The notes under the pieces are model-generated. The model saw only the letters and a list, made by a program, of their open reading frames with translations. It searched no databases and was not told the DNA's origin. A DNA stretch of 63,628 bases, the filler included, from Olpidium bornovanus S191 (Eukaryota > Fungi > Olpidiomycota): assembly GCA_017911155.1 (NCBI GenBank). It is 32 parts of 32 records of this genome, joined end to end, with 100 filler letters (N's around TTAATTAATTAA, not from the genome) between each part and the next. Parts side by side here need not be neighbours in the genome. Positions count along the whole stretch, not along the records: positions 46,261 to 49,265 come from JAEFCI010012662.1; positions 49,366 to 50,752 come from JAEFCI010006965.1; positions 50,853 to 52,401 come from JAEFCI010003298.1; positions 52,502 to 53,754 come from JAEFCI010003795.1; positions 53,855 to 55,063 come from JAEFCI010009036.1; positions 55,164 to 56,643 come from JAEFCI010004521.1; positions 56,744 to 59,683 come from JAEFCI010004769.1; positions 59,784 to 62,183 come from JAEFCI010006394.1; 24 more parts are not named here. The stretch is one strand, 5' to 3'. The translations under genes were made by a program, and so were the position numbers. Positions 49,206-60,643 of this stretch are shown piece by piece; positions within the stretch are counted from its first letter, which is position 1; the number at the start of each line of letters is the position of its first letter.

Positions 49206-49838
49206 TACAGTTATCCAACGGGGACGCGCAATCGCGCTCGACTCTCTTAATTGCCTGGCGCAGCANNNNNNNNNNNNNNNNNNNNNNNNNNNNNNNNNNN
49301 NNNNNNNNNTTAATTAATTAANNNNNNNNNNNNNNNNNNNNNNNNNNNNNNNNNNNNNNNNNNNNAAAAGTAGAAGAATTTTCGATCGAGGCAAAGAATA
49401 CCGGAATGTTTGGTTAAGGAGGCTTAAACGAATTAAACCAGGATTAGATAATAATAATTCTACATATGACTTTTCTGTGTACATGTGAATTTCTGACTAA
49501 TGGTATATTCTTGCACAAATCTTACCATATATTTCAGCTCGATAAAATAGGGGTGTCAAACCACAGATGATACAACCCACAAAGAAACGGTGATACCGAA
49601 GGTCAGCGATGACCCGTACCACCGGTGATAAATCCTACCGGCCATCTCCGGAGGTGGTCAATAGGATCTATCCTATCTTCCTTCTGACGGCCGCACAAAA
49701 ACAAAAAAAAAAAAAAAAAAAAAAAAAAGAAAAAAAAGAAAACCAAACAGACAAACCCACGTTCTCTCGCTCTTGGTGGTGGGCCCCGCTCGCCGTGAAC
49801 GGAAGACCGTGCTTTTTGTAAGGGCGGCGCCTGCGAAC

Positions 49839-50752
49839 ATGCACCTTTTCGCGGTCCTCGCGGCAGTTTCCGCGGTCGCCGGCGCGGGAATCAAGGTCGC
49901 GGCGGCGACGCCGACGCCGGCCGCGGGAGACGCCGCGGCACCGGCGCCTCCGCCAGACGGCGCGGAGGCGGTGCCCAACAGCCGGCTGATCTTTCTCAAG
50001 CCCGGCGCCAACGACGACGGGTTCAAGAACTGGGTGCACAAAGCCATCGCCCAACACGGCGGCACCGCCGGGGCCACGATTGCCGAGGCCGGCGCGGACG
50101 GTTCGGGGACCCGCGGCGTCGAGAAGGAGTTCAAGATCGAGACGGCTAACCTCTCGGTGATCACCGGGGTCTTCGACGACGAGTTCGTCCAGAAAGTGAA
50201 GGCCCGCCCCGAGGTCGAGGGCGTGTTCCCGAACCTGATCCACCATATCGCCGGAATCCAGGCCAACCCGCCGAACAAGGGCCTTCCGCCGATCTCGTCG
50301 CGCACCGCCGCTGGGACAAATTATTTATTCCCGGACTCTTCCGGAGAAGGCGTGACGGGTATGTAAATAATTGCCAAGCGTGTATATTTTTCCTTTAAAC
50401 AATTTTTCTTAAGCTCTAAGTTGGCAAATTTTTCCAACACTCGTCGAAATGGCTGTGTAAACGACCATCCAGTGTATATCCTCGACACAGGTAAAAAAAA
50501 AAAAAAAAAAAAAAAAGAAAAAAGAAAAAAGAGGGCGCGCACATGCGGCAGACGACGATATTTGCGGCGGAAAGGAAACCTTAAAAAACGCCTTTTAATT
50601 AGGAATTCGAGTGACGCACAACGATTTCGAAGGCAGGGCGACTCTTGGGATGACGGCTGTCAGTGGTACTACGACCGCGGACGACGACAACGGCCACGGC
50701 ACACACGTCAGCGCGATAGTCGGCGGGGCGGCTCACGGCGTAGCAAAGAGAG
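49839..50752 (+). CDS. Secreted subtilisin (S8A, proteinase K-like) with I9 propeptide, 3'-truncated
   Basis: Signal peptide MHLFAVLAAVSAVAG; I9-like prodomain; YLFPDSSGEGVT | VYILDTG | IRVTHNDFEGRA...DDNGHGTHVSAIVGG (catalytic Asp and His motifs). Confidence 0.93.
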
Positions 50753-50852
50753 NNNNNNNNNNNNNNNNNNNNNNNNNNNNNNNNNNNNNNNNNNNNTTAA
50801 TTAATTAANNNNNNNNNNNNNNNNNNNNNNNNNNNNNNNNNNNNNNNNNNNN

Positions 50853-52401
50853 CATGCTTGCCTCCGCGAGTGCCGTATTGGTCGTTTTCTTCTCTTTTGG
50901 CCTCGCTTTCTAAGTCCCAGGCGGGGGCATTGTCGATCGACGATTGTCGCCTGTCAAAACGAGACAGAAATGTCGGGCGAAACCTCGTGCCGGTAAGAAG
51001 CCTTCAAACGACCCACGGCGTGCGCCGGAGGGGTTGGGGCGAGGGGGGAGGTGCGAGAGCTCACACCGTGCCCGTTAATCGGCCTTCCGGGACCTCAATT
51101 AGATCTTGACGTCTCTGCCGCCGCAGGTCCACAAGTCCCTGAAGCACCGAACAAGGCTTCGCAGACCGGATGAAAGGGTGTCCCAGCAGGCATCGAGCTG
51201 CAGGCCTCTATTTTTATTTTTTATTTTATTTTTTTTTTTTTTTGGTTTTGCAGATGCTGAATCAACGCGCTGTCCCACAGCCGTAGTGAATGGTTTCTTC
51301 GTCTTAGGTGGAACGCGCCGCATTACCGATTTCGGGTTTTTCGTCAGGCACACCCTGACAATGTCCTTGAACGATTCAGAGAAACTCCCGTCGTCGTCCA
51401 ACGAGGGAGGCGGGCTTCTTGGGATGAGCATCAGCACGCGCATCGGATGAATCTCCGAAAGGGGCGGGGTCCCCGCGGCCATTTCGATAGCCGTGATCCC
51501 CAACGACCAGATGTCGGCTTTCTCGTCATATTCCTGCTGCTGAATTACCTCGGGCGCCATCCAAAACTGCGGGGACGGTTTCTCCGCGTTGGTTCGGCGA
51601 CGCTTTTTGTTTTTTTTTTTTGGACGGGCAATAGAAAAACGGGCCGCTTTTTTTCAAGACAAGCTCGCTGCTTACCGGAGTACCGACGAACGTCGTCCGC
51701 TTGCTCTTTTGATAAGACAGCTGCGCGGCGACACCGAAATCCGCTGGAAATTAACAGAGGAGAAGCCGGACAGTTCGTTTCCGTTGGTTTTTTTTTTCTG
51801 CCGGCTTTTTTTTTTTTCCGCCCGGAAGTGTTGAGGGGGTCACAGACCGAGTTTGACGTGTCCTTCGCCAGAAAGGAGGATATTCGCGCCTGCGGGAGAA
51901 CCACGGAGCGCCCACGCCCCCTCCCCCCGTCTTAGCCGACGATAAAAAAGGGGATGACGGCGTGTCGATCGAACGAAATGTGTGACTCACATTTTATGTC
52001 GCGGTGAATCTTCGCCTGGGAGTGCAGGTATTCGAGGCCGTGTAGCAGTTCTCGGAGAATGATGGCTATGTATACTTCATCGAAGGGACCCGGCCTGAGC
52101 TGGGCCAGATTTAAAACATGCGTCTTTAATTACCCCTTCCCGGGAAGATAGATCGCAGCTTCCGACATGGAATGGACTCTTTTAGCAAAGAGCAAAGCGT
52201 ACCAAGTCCAGACATGAGCCTCCCGCAAGGTACTCCATAACTGCACGGGGGGGGTTGGGGGGGTGGGGGGGGGGGGAAGGGGAATGTGAGTCGTCCTCCC
52301 CGAGGGCAGGGCCCTGGCATAACGCCCGACACAGGCTTTCTCACCGATCCACAACTTGAACCCGCTGACGTAGCTGCCGAAGTACCGGGTGACGTACTGG
52401 G
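50853..52401 (-). CDS. Ste20-family GCK-III kinase (STK24/25, Kic1/Nak1/Sid1-like), internal fragment
   Basis: [17 protein letters not shown] | [13 protein letters not shown] | ...[26 protein letters not shown] | ...TFVGTP | [35 protein letters not shown]. Confidence 0.92.
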
Positions 52402-52577
52402 NNNNNNNNNNNNNNNNNNNNNNNNNNNNNNNNNNNNNNNNNNNNTTAATTAATTAANNNNNNNNNNNNNNNNNNNNNNNNNNNNNNNNNNNNNNNNNNN
52501 NCTGGGTTTCCGCCGCTGCCAAGCGGACCTCAATTGCAAACAGCCGCGCCGCCTTTTTTTGAAGTTCGACGCGAATG

Positions 52578-53754
52578 TCACTCCGTCAGGTCGGCTTCGG
52601 CGGCCTGGTTGAAGTCGACATGATTTTCAATGCTGGAGACCAGAATGGTTTCACCTGGTGGAACATAAAACTAGCTACGCCAATCATTGAGAGTAAATAA
52701 AAATCATAGTGTATTTGGACAGGGATTTTTGTTCCGTAATATGATACTGTATATTAATCACAACCCGCCGCTGCTGCCGACGGCCACGCCGCCGAACCCG
52801 CCGGGGCCGTCGCGACCGCCCATTTGCGGCCGCGGTTCTTTAGTACCGGATCCACGTAACAAAAAACAGGAGATTCGCGCCCAGAAGCGTTGAAATTCGA
52901 CCAAGGTCGCGCCTCTCGACTTCGCCTGATCCGCATAGCCGTCAATAAAGAATGCACGCTGCCTCGTTGGCTGCGGGAGAAAACATCTTCCGCCCGAATT
53001 TTGCATTTTCCCTTACCAGAGGCGACGTCGCGCGGACGGGAGGTAAGTCGAGAAAGCACGAAGAAAAGGTCGGCCGAGGCCCGAGAGTTTGGGCTTGGGG
53101 GGGAAGTGGAACTCCTTCACCCCCTCCCACCCCCTCGCCCCCCCTCCCCCTCCGCTCCACACCCCGCCCGTGGTCCGACGACCGTGGTCCGTGGCCCGTG
53201 GTCCGTGGTCAGGATTTGAAGACCCCGAAGAATCCGTTTTCCAAACTTGAATACTGCCGCGCGAAGCTCGTCGAGCCGCTCGCAATTTACTTTTCGGTTT
53301 TTCTTTTTTTTCTTTTCCTGCAAAACTCCAAACCTGGCCGCTCGGCAACCGTTCCGGAGAGGCGTAGAGCGGCCCGTATCAATCCGCAAATTCCGATGCT
53401 GCGACAACGCTGCTCCCATTCGCGGAGCGCTTTCTATGTACAACGGCGATTTATGACGAGTTATAGCCGCATACGACGTTAAGAAGTCGGCGTAATCACC
53501 GAAGTTACCTTTGCCCTGCGCAATGGAGGTGTCTGCGCAGGTCCTCATGTGCGTCGGCCCGTCTAATAACGTAACTTGAGGGCTACGGAGGGCCCGTCGA
53601 AGACCTCTTGGCCCGTACGCAACAGGCGCGCGGATGCTGCGGCCATGTCGTGACAGGCACGAACGTTTCGGCAGGAAATGACGGCAATCCCCCGGTAGGA
53701 AACGTTGGTCGTGGAAGACCATCAAACCGCTCCACGCGCGCGCGAGTCGGCCTC
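52578..53754 (-). CDS. Unassigned multi-exon gene fragment
   Basis: GT..AG-bounded blocks (PTRQRAFFIDGYADQAKSRGATLVEFQRFWARI; GETILVSSIENHVDFNQAAEADLTE*); no family recognised. Confidence 0.3.
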
Positions 53755-53893
53755 NNNNNNNNNNNNNNNNNNNNNNNNNNNNNNNNNNNNNNNNNNNNTT
53801 AATTAATTAANNNNNNNNNNNNNNNNNNNNNNNNNNNNNNNNNNNNNNNNNNNNAGAGAGGGGGGGGGGGGAAAAGGGGGGGGGGGGGGGGGT

Positions 53894-53934
<41 letters not shown>

Positions 53935-54300
53935 GAAGGGGGGGGGGGGGGGGGGGGGGTTTGGGGGGTTTTTTTTTTTTTTTTTTTTTTTTCGGCCCCC
54001 CCCCATCCTTTTAGGAAAAAAAAAAAAAAAAAAAAAAATTCTAAGTTGCGCGGGGGCGGGGGCGCGGGTGGATTTTTCCTTTTGGTGCGGCAGCGCTTCG
54101 TGGCACATTCACGTGAGTTTTTCTCGGGCGAACGCGCGTTTCAGGGGCGGACCCACCTCACCGTTTACTCGCCGGCTGGCACAATCAATTTTTGGAGTTC
54201 TGACTGGTTCTCCGCCGCCCCGACAGAAAATGTATGAGACAAAACTTCAATCAACTTCTGTCAAAAGGTGTAGCTGTTCAAAACTTTCCAAGTCTCAAAG

Positions 54301-54372
54301 GCCCTGATGGTCTAGTGGTATGATTCCTCGTTCGGGTCGAGGAGGTCTCCGGTTCGATCCCGGATCAGGGCC
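54301..54372 (+). tRNA. tRNA-Pro(CGG)
   Basis: GCCCTGA/TCAGGGC acceptor stem, CCTCG-TTCGGGT-CGAGG anticodon arm, TCCGG-TTCGATC-CCGGA T arm, T6 terminator. Confidence 0.96.
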
Positions 54373-54862
54373 TTTTTTGCTTTGCATTTTTTGAAAGCCT
54401 TTTCTTGTGATAAGCTAACGGGTTTTTTTCACCTTTTTTTACCCCCGCAGTCAGTTAAGCGGTCAGTTAAGCGCTCAGAGAGCGGAGTTTTTTTCTTCTT
54501 CACACGTGACGTTTTCTGTCTGGCGAAACATTGCGTGATGTGAATCGACGGCGGCGAGCTCTTCCCAGTGGTTCCTCTCGAAACTGCGTTGCGTTTCGAA
54601 TTTCCCCGATCGCCATTGCGGACGAGCCTGGAAGTCACCGGGCTAACAAAAGTAACAAAGACGTCGACGCGCCTCCCCTTAGAAAAAAGTTGTCCGCATT
54701 TTCGCAAAAATTCGGTTGCATTATGAACGCACACGACCTACCCTCCCGATTATTCACGTCGGGGTACTGTGTAACATTTCATTCAATAACCTCCGCACCC
54801 AATTGCATTAAAAGTAAATCTTTAATATATAAGTATAAAGTAGTGTGAAATATAACATATAC

Positions 54863-55063
54863 GTTCGAATCGTCTACTAAAATGAAGTTACAGTAATTTC
54901 GAAATGAGGAATACGCAGTACACACTGCAGGTCCAGGGAAGAGACCGTCGACTACATCACGGCCGTTCGAATGGTCTACTAAAATGAAGTTACAGTAATG
55001 TCGAAATGAGAAATACGCCATACACCCCGCAGATCCAGGGAAGAGACCGTAAACTACATCATG
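54863..55063. repeat. About 102-bp tandem repeat, 2 copies, running into the contig end
   Basis: CGTTCGAAT.GTCTACTAAAATGAAGTTACAGTAAT.TCGAAATGAG...TCCAGGGAAGAGACCGT..ACTACATCA at about 54863 and 54965. Confidence 0.9.
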
Positions 55064-55163
55064 NNNNNNNNNNNNNNNNNNNNNNNNNNNNNNNNNNNNN
55101 NNNNNNNTTAATTAATTAANNNNNNNNNNNNNNNNNNNNNNNNNNNNNNNNNNNNNNNNNNNN

Positions 55164-56280
55164 CGGACGTATTCGTTGCGGTAGGTGGCGGTTATCCACA
55201 CGGGTATGCAAACCAGCATCCCGTAAAAAAGAACGGGGCTCAGCGGAGTGGCGGCGTACAGCCGCAGCACGGTGCTGCACATGGCCTTGAAGAACGACTC
55301 GATGTCGAACCAGGACTTCTCAAACTCGGCGACGGCGTCGGCGTTGGCAACGTCGAGCGCCGCGAGCGCCTTGGACAGGTCCGCCACGCGGCTGTTCGTC
55401 TCCTGGCGCTTGGCGTCGATCTGCTGGAAGGCGTCGTAGGGCCCGTCGGGGGAGAAGTCCGCGCCGGTGGAGCACTCGAGCGGCACGCCCAGGGCCGCCG
55501 GCCGCGCGACGCCGCTCCCGTAGAAAAGCTCGGCGATGAAGCCGCCGTTGGAGGTCTGGTCCTGCAGCTCCAGGAGCCCGTACGGCTTCTTGTTGTAATA
55601 CACGCGGGCCTTCACCGACTCCTGTACCGGCGCGCCCGCGGCCCGCAGCATCTCGCCGTACAGCTGCTCGCGCATCATCGTCGCGTCCGACTCGCTGTTG
55701 CGCAGCTTGATCGCCGACCGGCCGTAAAAGACGTCGCCCGTGAAATCGATCTTCAGCTGCGCCTTGGCGAACTCGGTGTTCTTGGCCGACGCAGCGACCC
55801 CCTGGTGGTGGGGGGAACGGTAACATCAACGGGGAGCGGACCGGAAGGAAAAGAAAAACCGAGTGAGAAGCCAGGGGGGGTGGTGTGTGGGGAGGACGAG
55901 AGAGAGCTTTGGAACACCGAGGGCGGCGCGCGCGCAGGGGGAGGACGTTTTACACGCACCGTGAACTTTTGGGCCTGCGTCCGACCGACGAACAGAACGT
56001 CGACCGTGGCGTCCTGCGCAGACACCATGTACTTGTCGGCGGCCTGGCCGGAGAAGTGGACCGTGGGGATGTACCCGTCGTCGAAGATCTCGGACTTGGA
56101 CTGCCGGGTCCAGTGGCCCTTCGGGTCGTCGTCGAACGGCGCCCGGAACTGCGGCATCGCCTGGTGCGTCACCTCGCGCCCGTAAAAGTCGTTCAACGTC
56201 CTGTCGGCCGTGCCGTCCAGTGCCCGCTCGAAACCTTCTGGCTTCCCGTCGACGACGTACTTGTACCTGTGATGATGTTG
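55164..56280 (-). CDS. cotH: CotH-family protein (Mucorales CotH-like), internal fragment
   Basis: YKYVVDGKPEGFERALDGTADRTLNDFYGREVT...WTRQSKSEIFDDGYIPTVHF; KIDFTGDVFYGRSAIKLRNSESDATMMREQLYGEML...ARVYYNKKPYGL; FDIESFFKAM. Confidence 0.9.
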
Positions 56281-56525
56281 TTGTTTTTTTTTTTTTTTGC
56301 AAGACGTGGGGGAAGGGGAAAAAGGGAAATTGTCGCGGCGTGAGCGCCCGCCCGCGCCGCCCGCGCATTCCCCGCTCGAAGGAGAAGGAGTTCCCGGAAA
56401 CCCCGGATCAAGGTGCGCGCGCGCGCCCTTTTTGCGCCCGCGCTTTCCCGATTTTTTTTTTCTTTTCTTTCTTTTTTTCTTTCTTTTCTCGTTTGCCCCG
56501 GCCGAGGGGAGGGGCCCGGCGGGCA

Positions 56526-56560
<35 letters not shown>

Positions 56561-56574
56561 TTCCCCCCCCCCCG

Positions 56575-56639
<65 letters not shown>

Positions 56640-57470
56640 CCCCNNNNNNNNNNNNNNNNNNNNNNNNNNNNNNNNNNNNNNNNNNNNTTAATTAATTAAN
56701 NNNNNNNNNNNNNNNNNNNNNNNNNNNNNNNNNNNNNNNNNNNCATGGCAAATGTCACATATAAATATAATGCAAATCAATTTTCGAAATGTATTTTTGA
56801 TGTACGTATTCTCCAGGACGTTTGCTGCCCGTGAGCAGAAGGCGGCTTAAAAGTCTATGCAGTCTTGGCAATTGCTTCCAAACATTTCCCTGCCGTACTG
56901 CCGGCGCTCTCCCTCGCACCTCACGGATCTCGCTGGCCGTGTTGTAACGTAACTACAGATCTGAAGAGCAATCTTCCGATTCAAAACAATGCCCGGTTCT
57001 GCTCAACACGATCATCAAGTGGAATATTGTCCTGCGTGTATGAACGGTTTACGCTCCAGTGCAAACGTTCAGTTTTTGTGAAAATGCTGCCGACCCGCTC
57101 AATTAAGCCGTGTTCCTGGCAGCACAAAGCCAACTCACTGTCAGCGGTAGTCGACCGGCGACGTAATTCTGACAGTTCGGCAACGATCGAACCACGACGC
57201 GTAAGGAAAGATTTTCAATTTTTTGCTGAAGTTCTTTGAAACCTAGAATGGGCTTTACACATGGCGCGATCCGGTTCAAAATTGCCATCAACGGCCGGAA
57301 CGGCGCAGAGAAAACCCCAACAGAATTCCGGTCAACCAGACCAAGGCGTTCGCGAACGTTTTGCCTTTGCGGCTTGGAGGACCGCGGTTTCTTTTTAAAA
57401 GCTCGTATGTCAGGTTACTGATGATCGCAACGTGATTCTAAAGACGAGACGAATATAGGAGTTAAGCGGT

Positions 57471-58776
57471 TTAGGACTCATGGTTGCGTGACGAATAATC
57501 TAAATATCCTGGGACGCCGCCGTAAACCTCCATCATGCAAGCGTAGTACCCGTCGTAGTAAGCGTGGCTGTAGACGTAGTCGAGATAAAAGTCGCTCCAC
57601 CTCTGCCCTCCGCGAAGTGAACCCAACGGGCTGCCCTCTTTAGCTGGATGATTGAACCACCCTCCGCGATTGCGAGGACCCCGGGGCCAGGTTTTACGGA
57701 CCGGATGGTAGAACTGTCCTCCCGCAGGGCGTGGTTGCGCGTAGGCCGCGTGATCGCGCAGGCCGAAGTCGGATGCGCGGCGGCCAGGGCTATGGGGCGT
57801 GCTTGTGTTGCATTCCTCTTTCGGCGGGATCGGATCCGCAGAGGCAGAGCGGGGCTTGCTGCCGGAGATGCTATTGTGTGAGCGGCAGGCGGCTGCGACG
57901 GCCGCAACGACTGACGTGGGAGCGCGCGCGGCCGTCTCGGATGGCACCCCGGAGTCCGTGGAATTTCCGTGGACAAAAGAGATGTTCTCTATGGGAGTAG
58001 GGACGCATGTGTCCGCCTCTTCGTCAGCCGCCGTGTAGGCCTGGACTGGATGCTGATATTCGGGAGCCGCGTCGATCCTGGGAGCTTCCTCGCGCGCGGC
58101 CAAGTTGTTTTCTACTATAAAAGTCGAATTTTCGCGCACAATGCGACCGTTTCCTGTGCGGCGCTTGCTCCTGCAGTAAGGGGGTTGCCTGTGCGAGTAG
58201 CAGGCAAATAATACGCGTCCGGCGTCAAAAATCAAGCCGGACGGGAAAAGTTATGCGCATAAACGCAAGAGGCCGTTTTCGGGAACGGCGTACCTTGTCC
58301 AATGCGCAAACTCCACCTTCACGCGGGCGCGCCCATCTCCGATCAGGATATCGCCGGCGCGGCCCTTTTCGAAGGCGACCTTCGCGTCTTCTTCGTCCGC
58401 AAAGAGCACAAACCCAAAACCGCGGCTTTTGTTGTGAAGCAAGTCGCGGACGACGGACGTCTTCTGCACTTGTCCGGTTTCGGCAAACGCGGACCTGAGG
58501 TCCTGCTCGGTCACTGAAGCGGGCAGAGCTGGAAAGCCGGCGGAAACGGGAGGCGCGGCCCGCCAGGGGGCGGTGGAGGGTGGAGGAGTGCGGGGGAGGG
58601 AAGCGGGGGCGGGGAGGGTGTGGCTATCAGTTTAAGTGCTGTTCCGCTTCGCTTCACTCGGGTGCGCGTGCTACGAACGCCGCGCCCGCTCCGGAGGTTC
58701 GCTCACCCCCGATATAGAGCCGGCGGAGGGCGATCTTCTTCCTAGGTATCCTGCCGGGCGGCGCAGGGCGGAGCAT
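57471..58776 (-). CDS. Single-RRM RNA-binding protein with low-complexity, Tyr-rich C-terminus
   Basis: RRLYIG | ALPASVTEQDLRSAF (RNP2 split by an intron) and KSRGFGFVLF (RNP1); last exon ends ...YLDYSSRNHES*. Confidence 0.8.
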
Positions 58777-59807
58777 GCTTCGGAGAGCCGGCCGCGCCTC
58801 GCGCGGGCGCTCCTTACGTTTGTGAATTTCCTTTCTTTTTTATTTTAGTGTTGTTTTGTTCCTGTGTCCCGTGGCGGACCCCGGGTTGACCGGTTGCGTT
58901 TCAATGCTTTCCCTCCAGTAATTGCCGCAGCAACACTCGTCCAATGCTCCGGGATCATGCGCCGCGCATGAGGGCCTCGGGGAGGCCCAGCATCCAGTAG
59001 AGCCACTGGCTGCGCTCGACATGGCAGCAGGCAAAGAGCTACACGGCCGTGTCGACCGGCACTCGCTTTGGTTGGCAGCCATACGATCACGAACCTTCCC
59101 GCCCGGCACAGGGCGACTCGACGGCATTGAAGCGCCCGTGTGTGCGCCCAACCATAAACCCGTAAAGCGTCTGTTTAGTGCGGGAAACTGTGAGGCCAAG
59201 CGGATGCGAAAGCAATAAGCCCCATTTAGTCAAAGCTAACAATCCGACAGAAGCCGTTTATGACCACCCTCCCCTGGGGACTCTGAAACGACAAACATGA
59301 TCTCGCCAAAAACGACCCCTCATTGCCGGCGACCGGACGGTTTTTCTTGTTGGAAAATTGGTCCTCTATTCCGCTCTCGCATTGTATGCACCTTTTTCAC
59401 CCCTGTCACGCAAAGAAACAAGGGCAAAATGCCAAAAGACTCAAAATCGTTTGTGGATGAGAAATTTCGTGCCCCATATCCTCTCTTTTGTTCTAGATCG
59501 GAGGAACACTTTTATGGTAATCTGTCCTTGCGAGGCGGAATCAAGTTATGCCAGGACATAATGAAAACGAACACCCACCACTGGCCAAAGCGAAACTGAA
59601 GGCTTGGGGAGCAGAGATAACATCGATGTCCCAACTTCTCGCATTCTGTTGCAAACAATAAAAAGCCAATTGAGGGGGACATGNNNNNNNNNNNNNNNNN
59701 NNNNNNNNNNNNNNNNNNNNNNNNNNNTTAATTAATTAANNNNNNNNNNNNNNNNNNNNNNNNNNNNNNNNNNNNNNNNNNNNCCTCTTTAGACGTGTTT
59801 TCGCGCC

Positions 59808-59846
<39 letters not shown>

Positions 59847-60135
59847 CCGTTGAGCGGTTTTCTTCCCCCGACACGCACGTGCACATTCTCAAACCGCCCC
59901 CAAAGAAGACCCTCGGGCAGCCTTTTGGCAGTGAGAGTCTCGTTGCCCGCGCCCCAGCGCCGTACCTCTGTCAGGCACGCGGAGGGAGAGGGACGTATAC
60001 GCGCAGGCGGGACAAAGCGAACGCGTCCATTTCGGCTCGAATTTGCACACGAGCAGGTGTCTGTTGCTGACGCAATGAAGATTGCAATCTGGCGTGCCGA
60101 TTTCACCGCACCTTCGAATAATTCGCGCGCAGAAA

Positions 60136-60171
<36 letters not shown>

Positions 60172-60643
60172 TAGAAAAAGCATTTTGATCAAACAAAGGT
60201 TGGTCTTTGCACTGCGCTCCAGATTATTACTATTTACCTGCGATAGAGCAGCGTAGTCTATCGGACTTTTCGCACCCTGGACACCTGCTACTTTTCGGTT
60301 TATACGCCGGTCCGGAAACAAACGCGCAATGGGACGAAGAGGCCTAGAGCAGCGGAGTAATGCAGAAAGAATATTTACAGCGAGCGCGTGCCTGGTATCG
60401 ACGTGCAGCATCCTCAGCGGGAACACCTACAGAAGATGACAAATTTGCGAATAAAAATGTTGCGAGAAATGGATAGACAGACTTTGACTGCCAGGGTGGC
60501 CAGAAAACGGTGAACGAGCTAAACAATGAAACATTGCAGTGAAAACGTGCAAAACAAATGGAGCGGGTGTCGCCCGGGCAGCGGCTCGATGGGACGCGAG
60601 ATAATTTTGGCGACGATAAGCGAATAGGAAGAAACAGGTTATG

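Noticed and set aside
58251-58514. RRM as U11/U12-35K or U1-70K
   Set aside because: The diagnostic downstream (R/K)GW.PRRLGGG motif is absent; left as a generic RRM protein.
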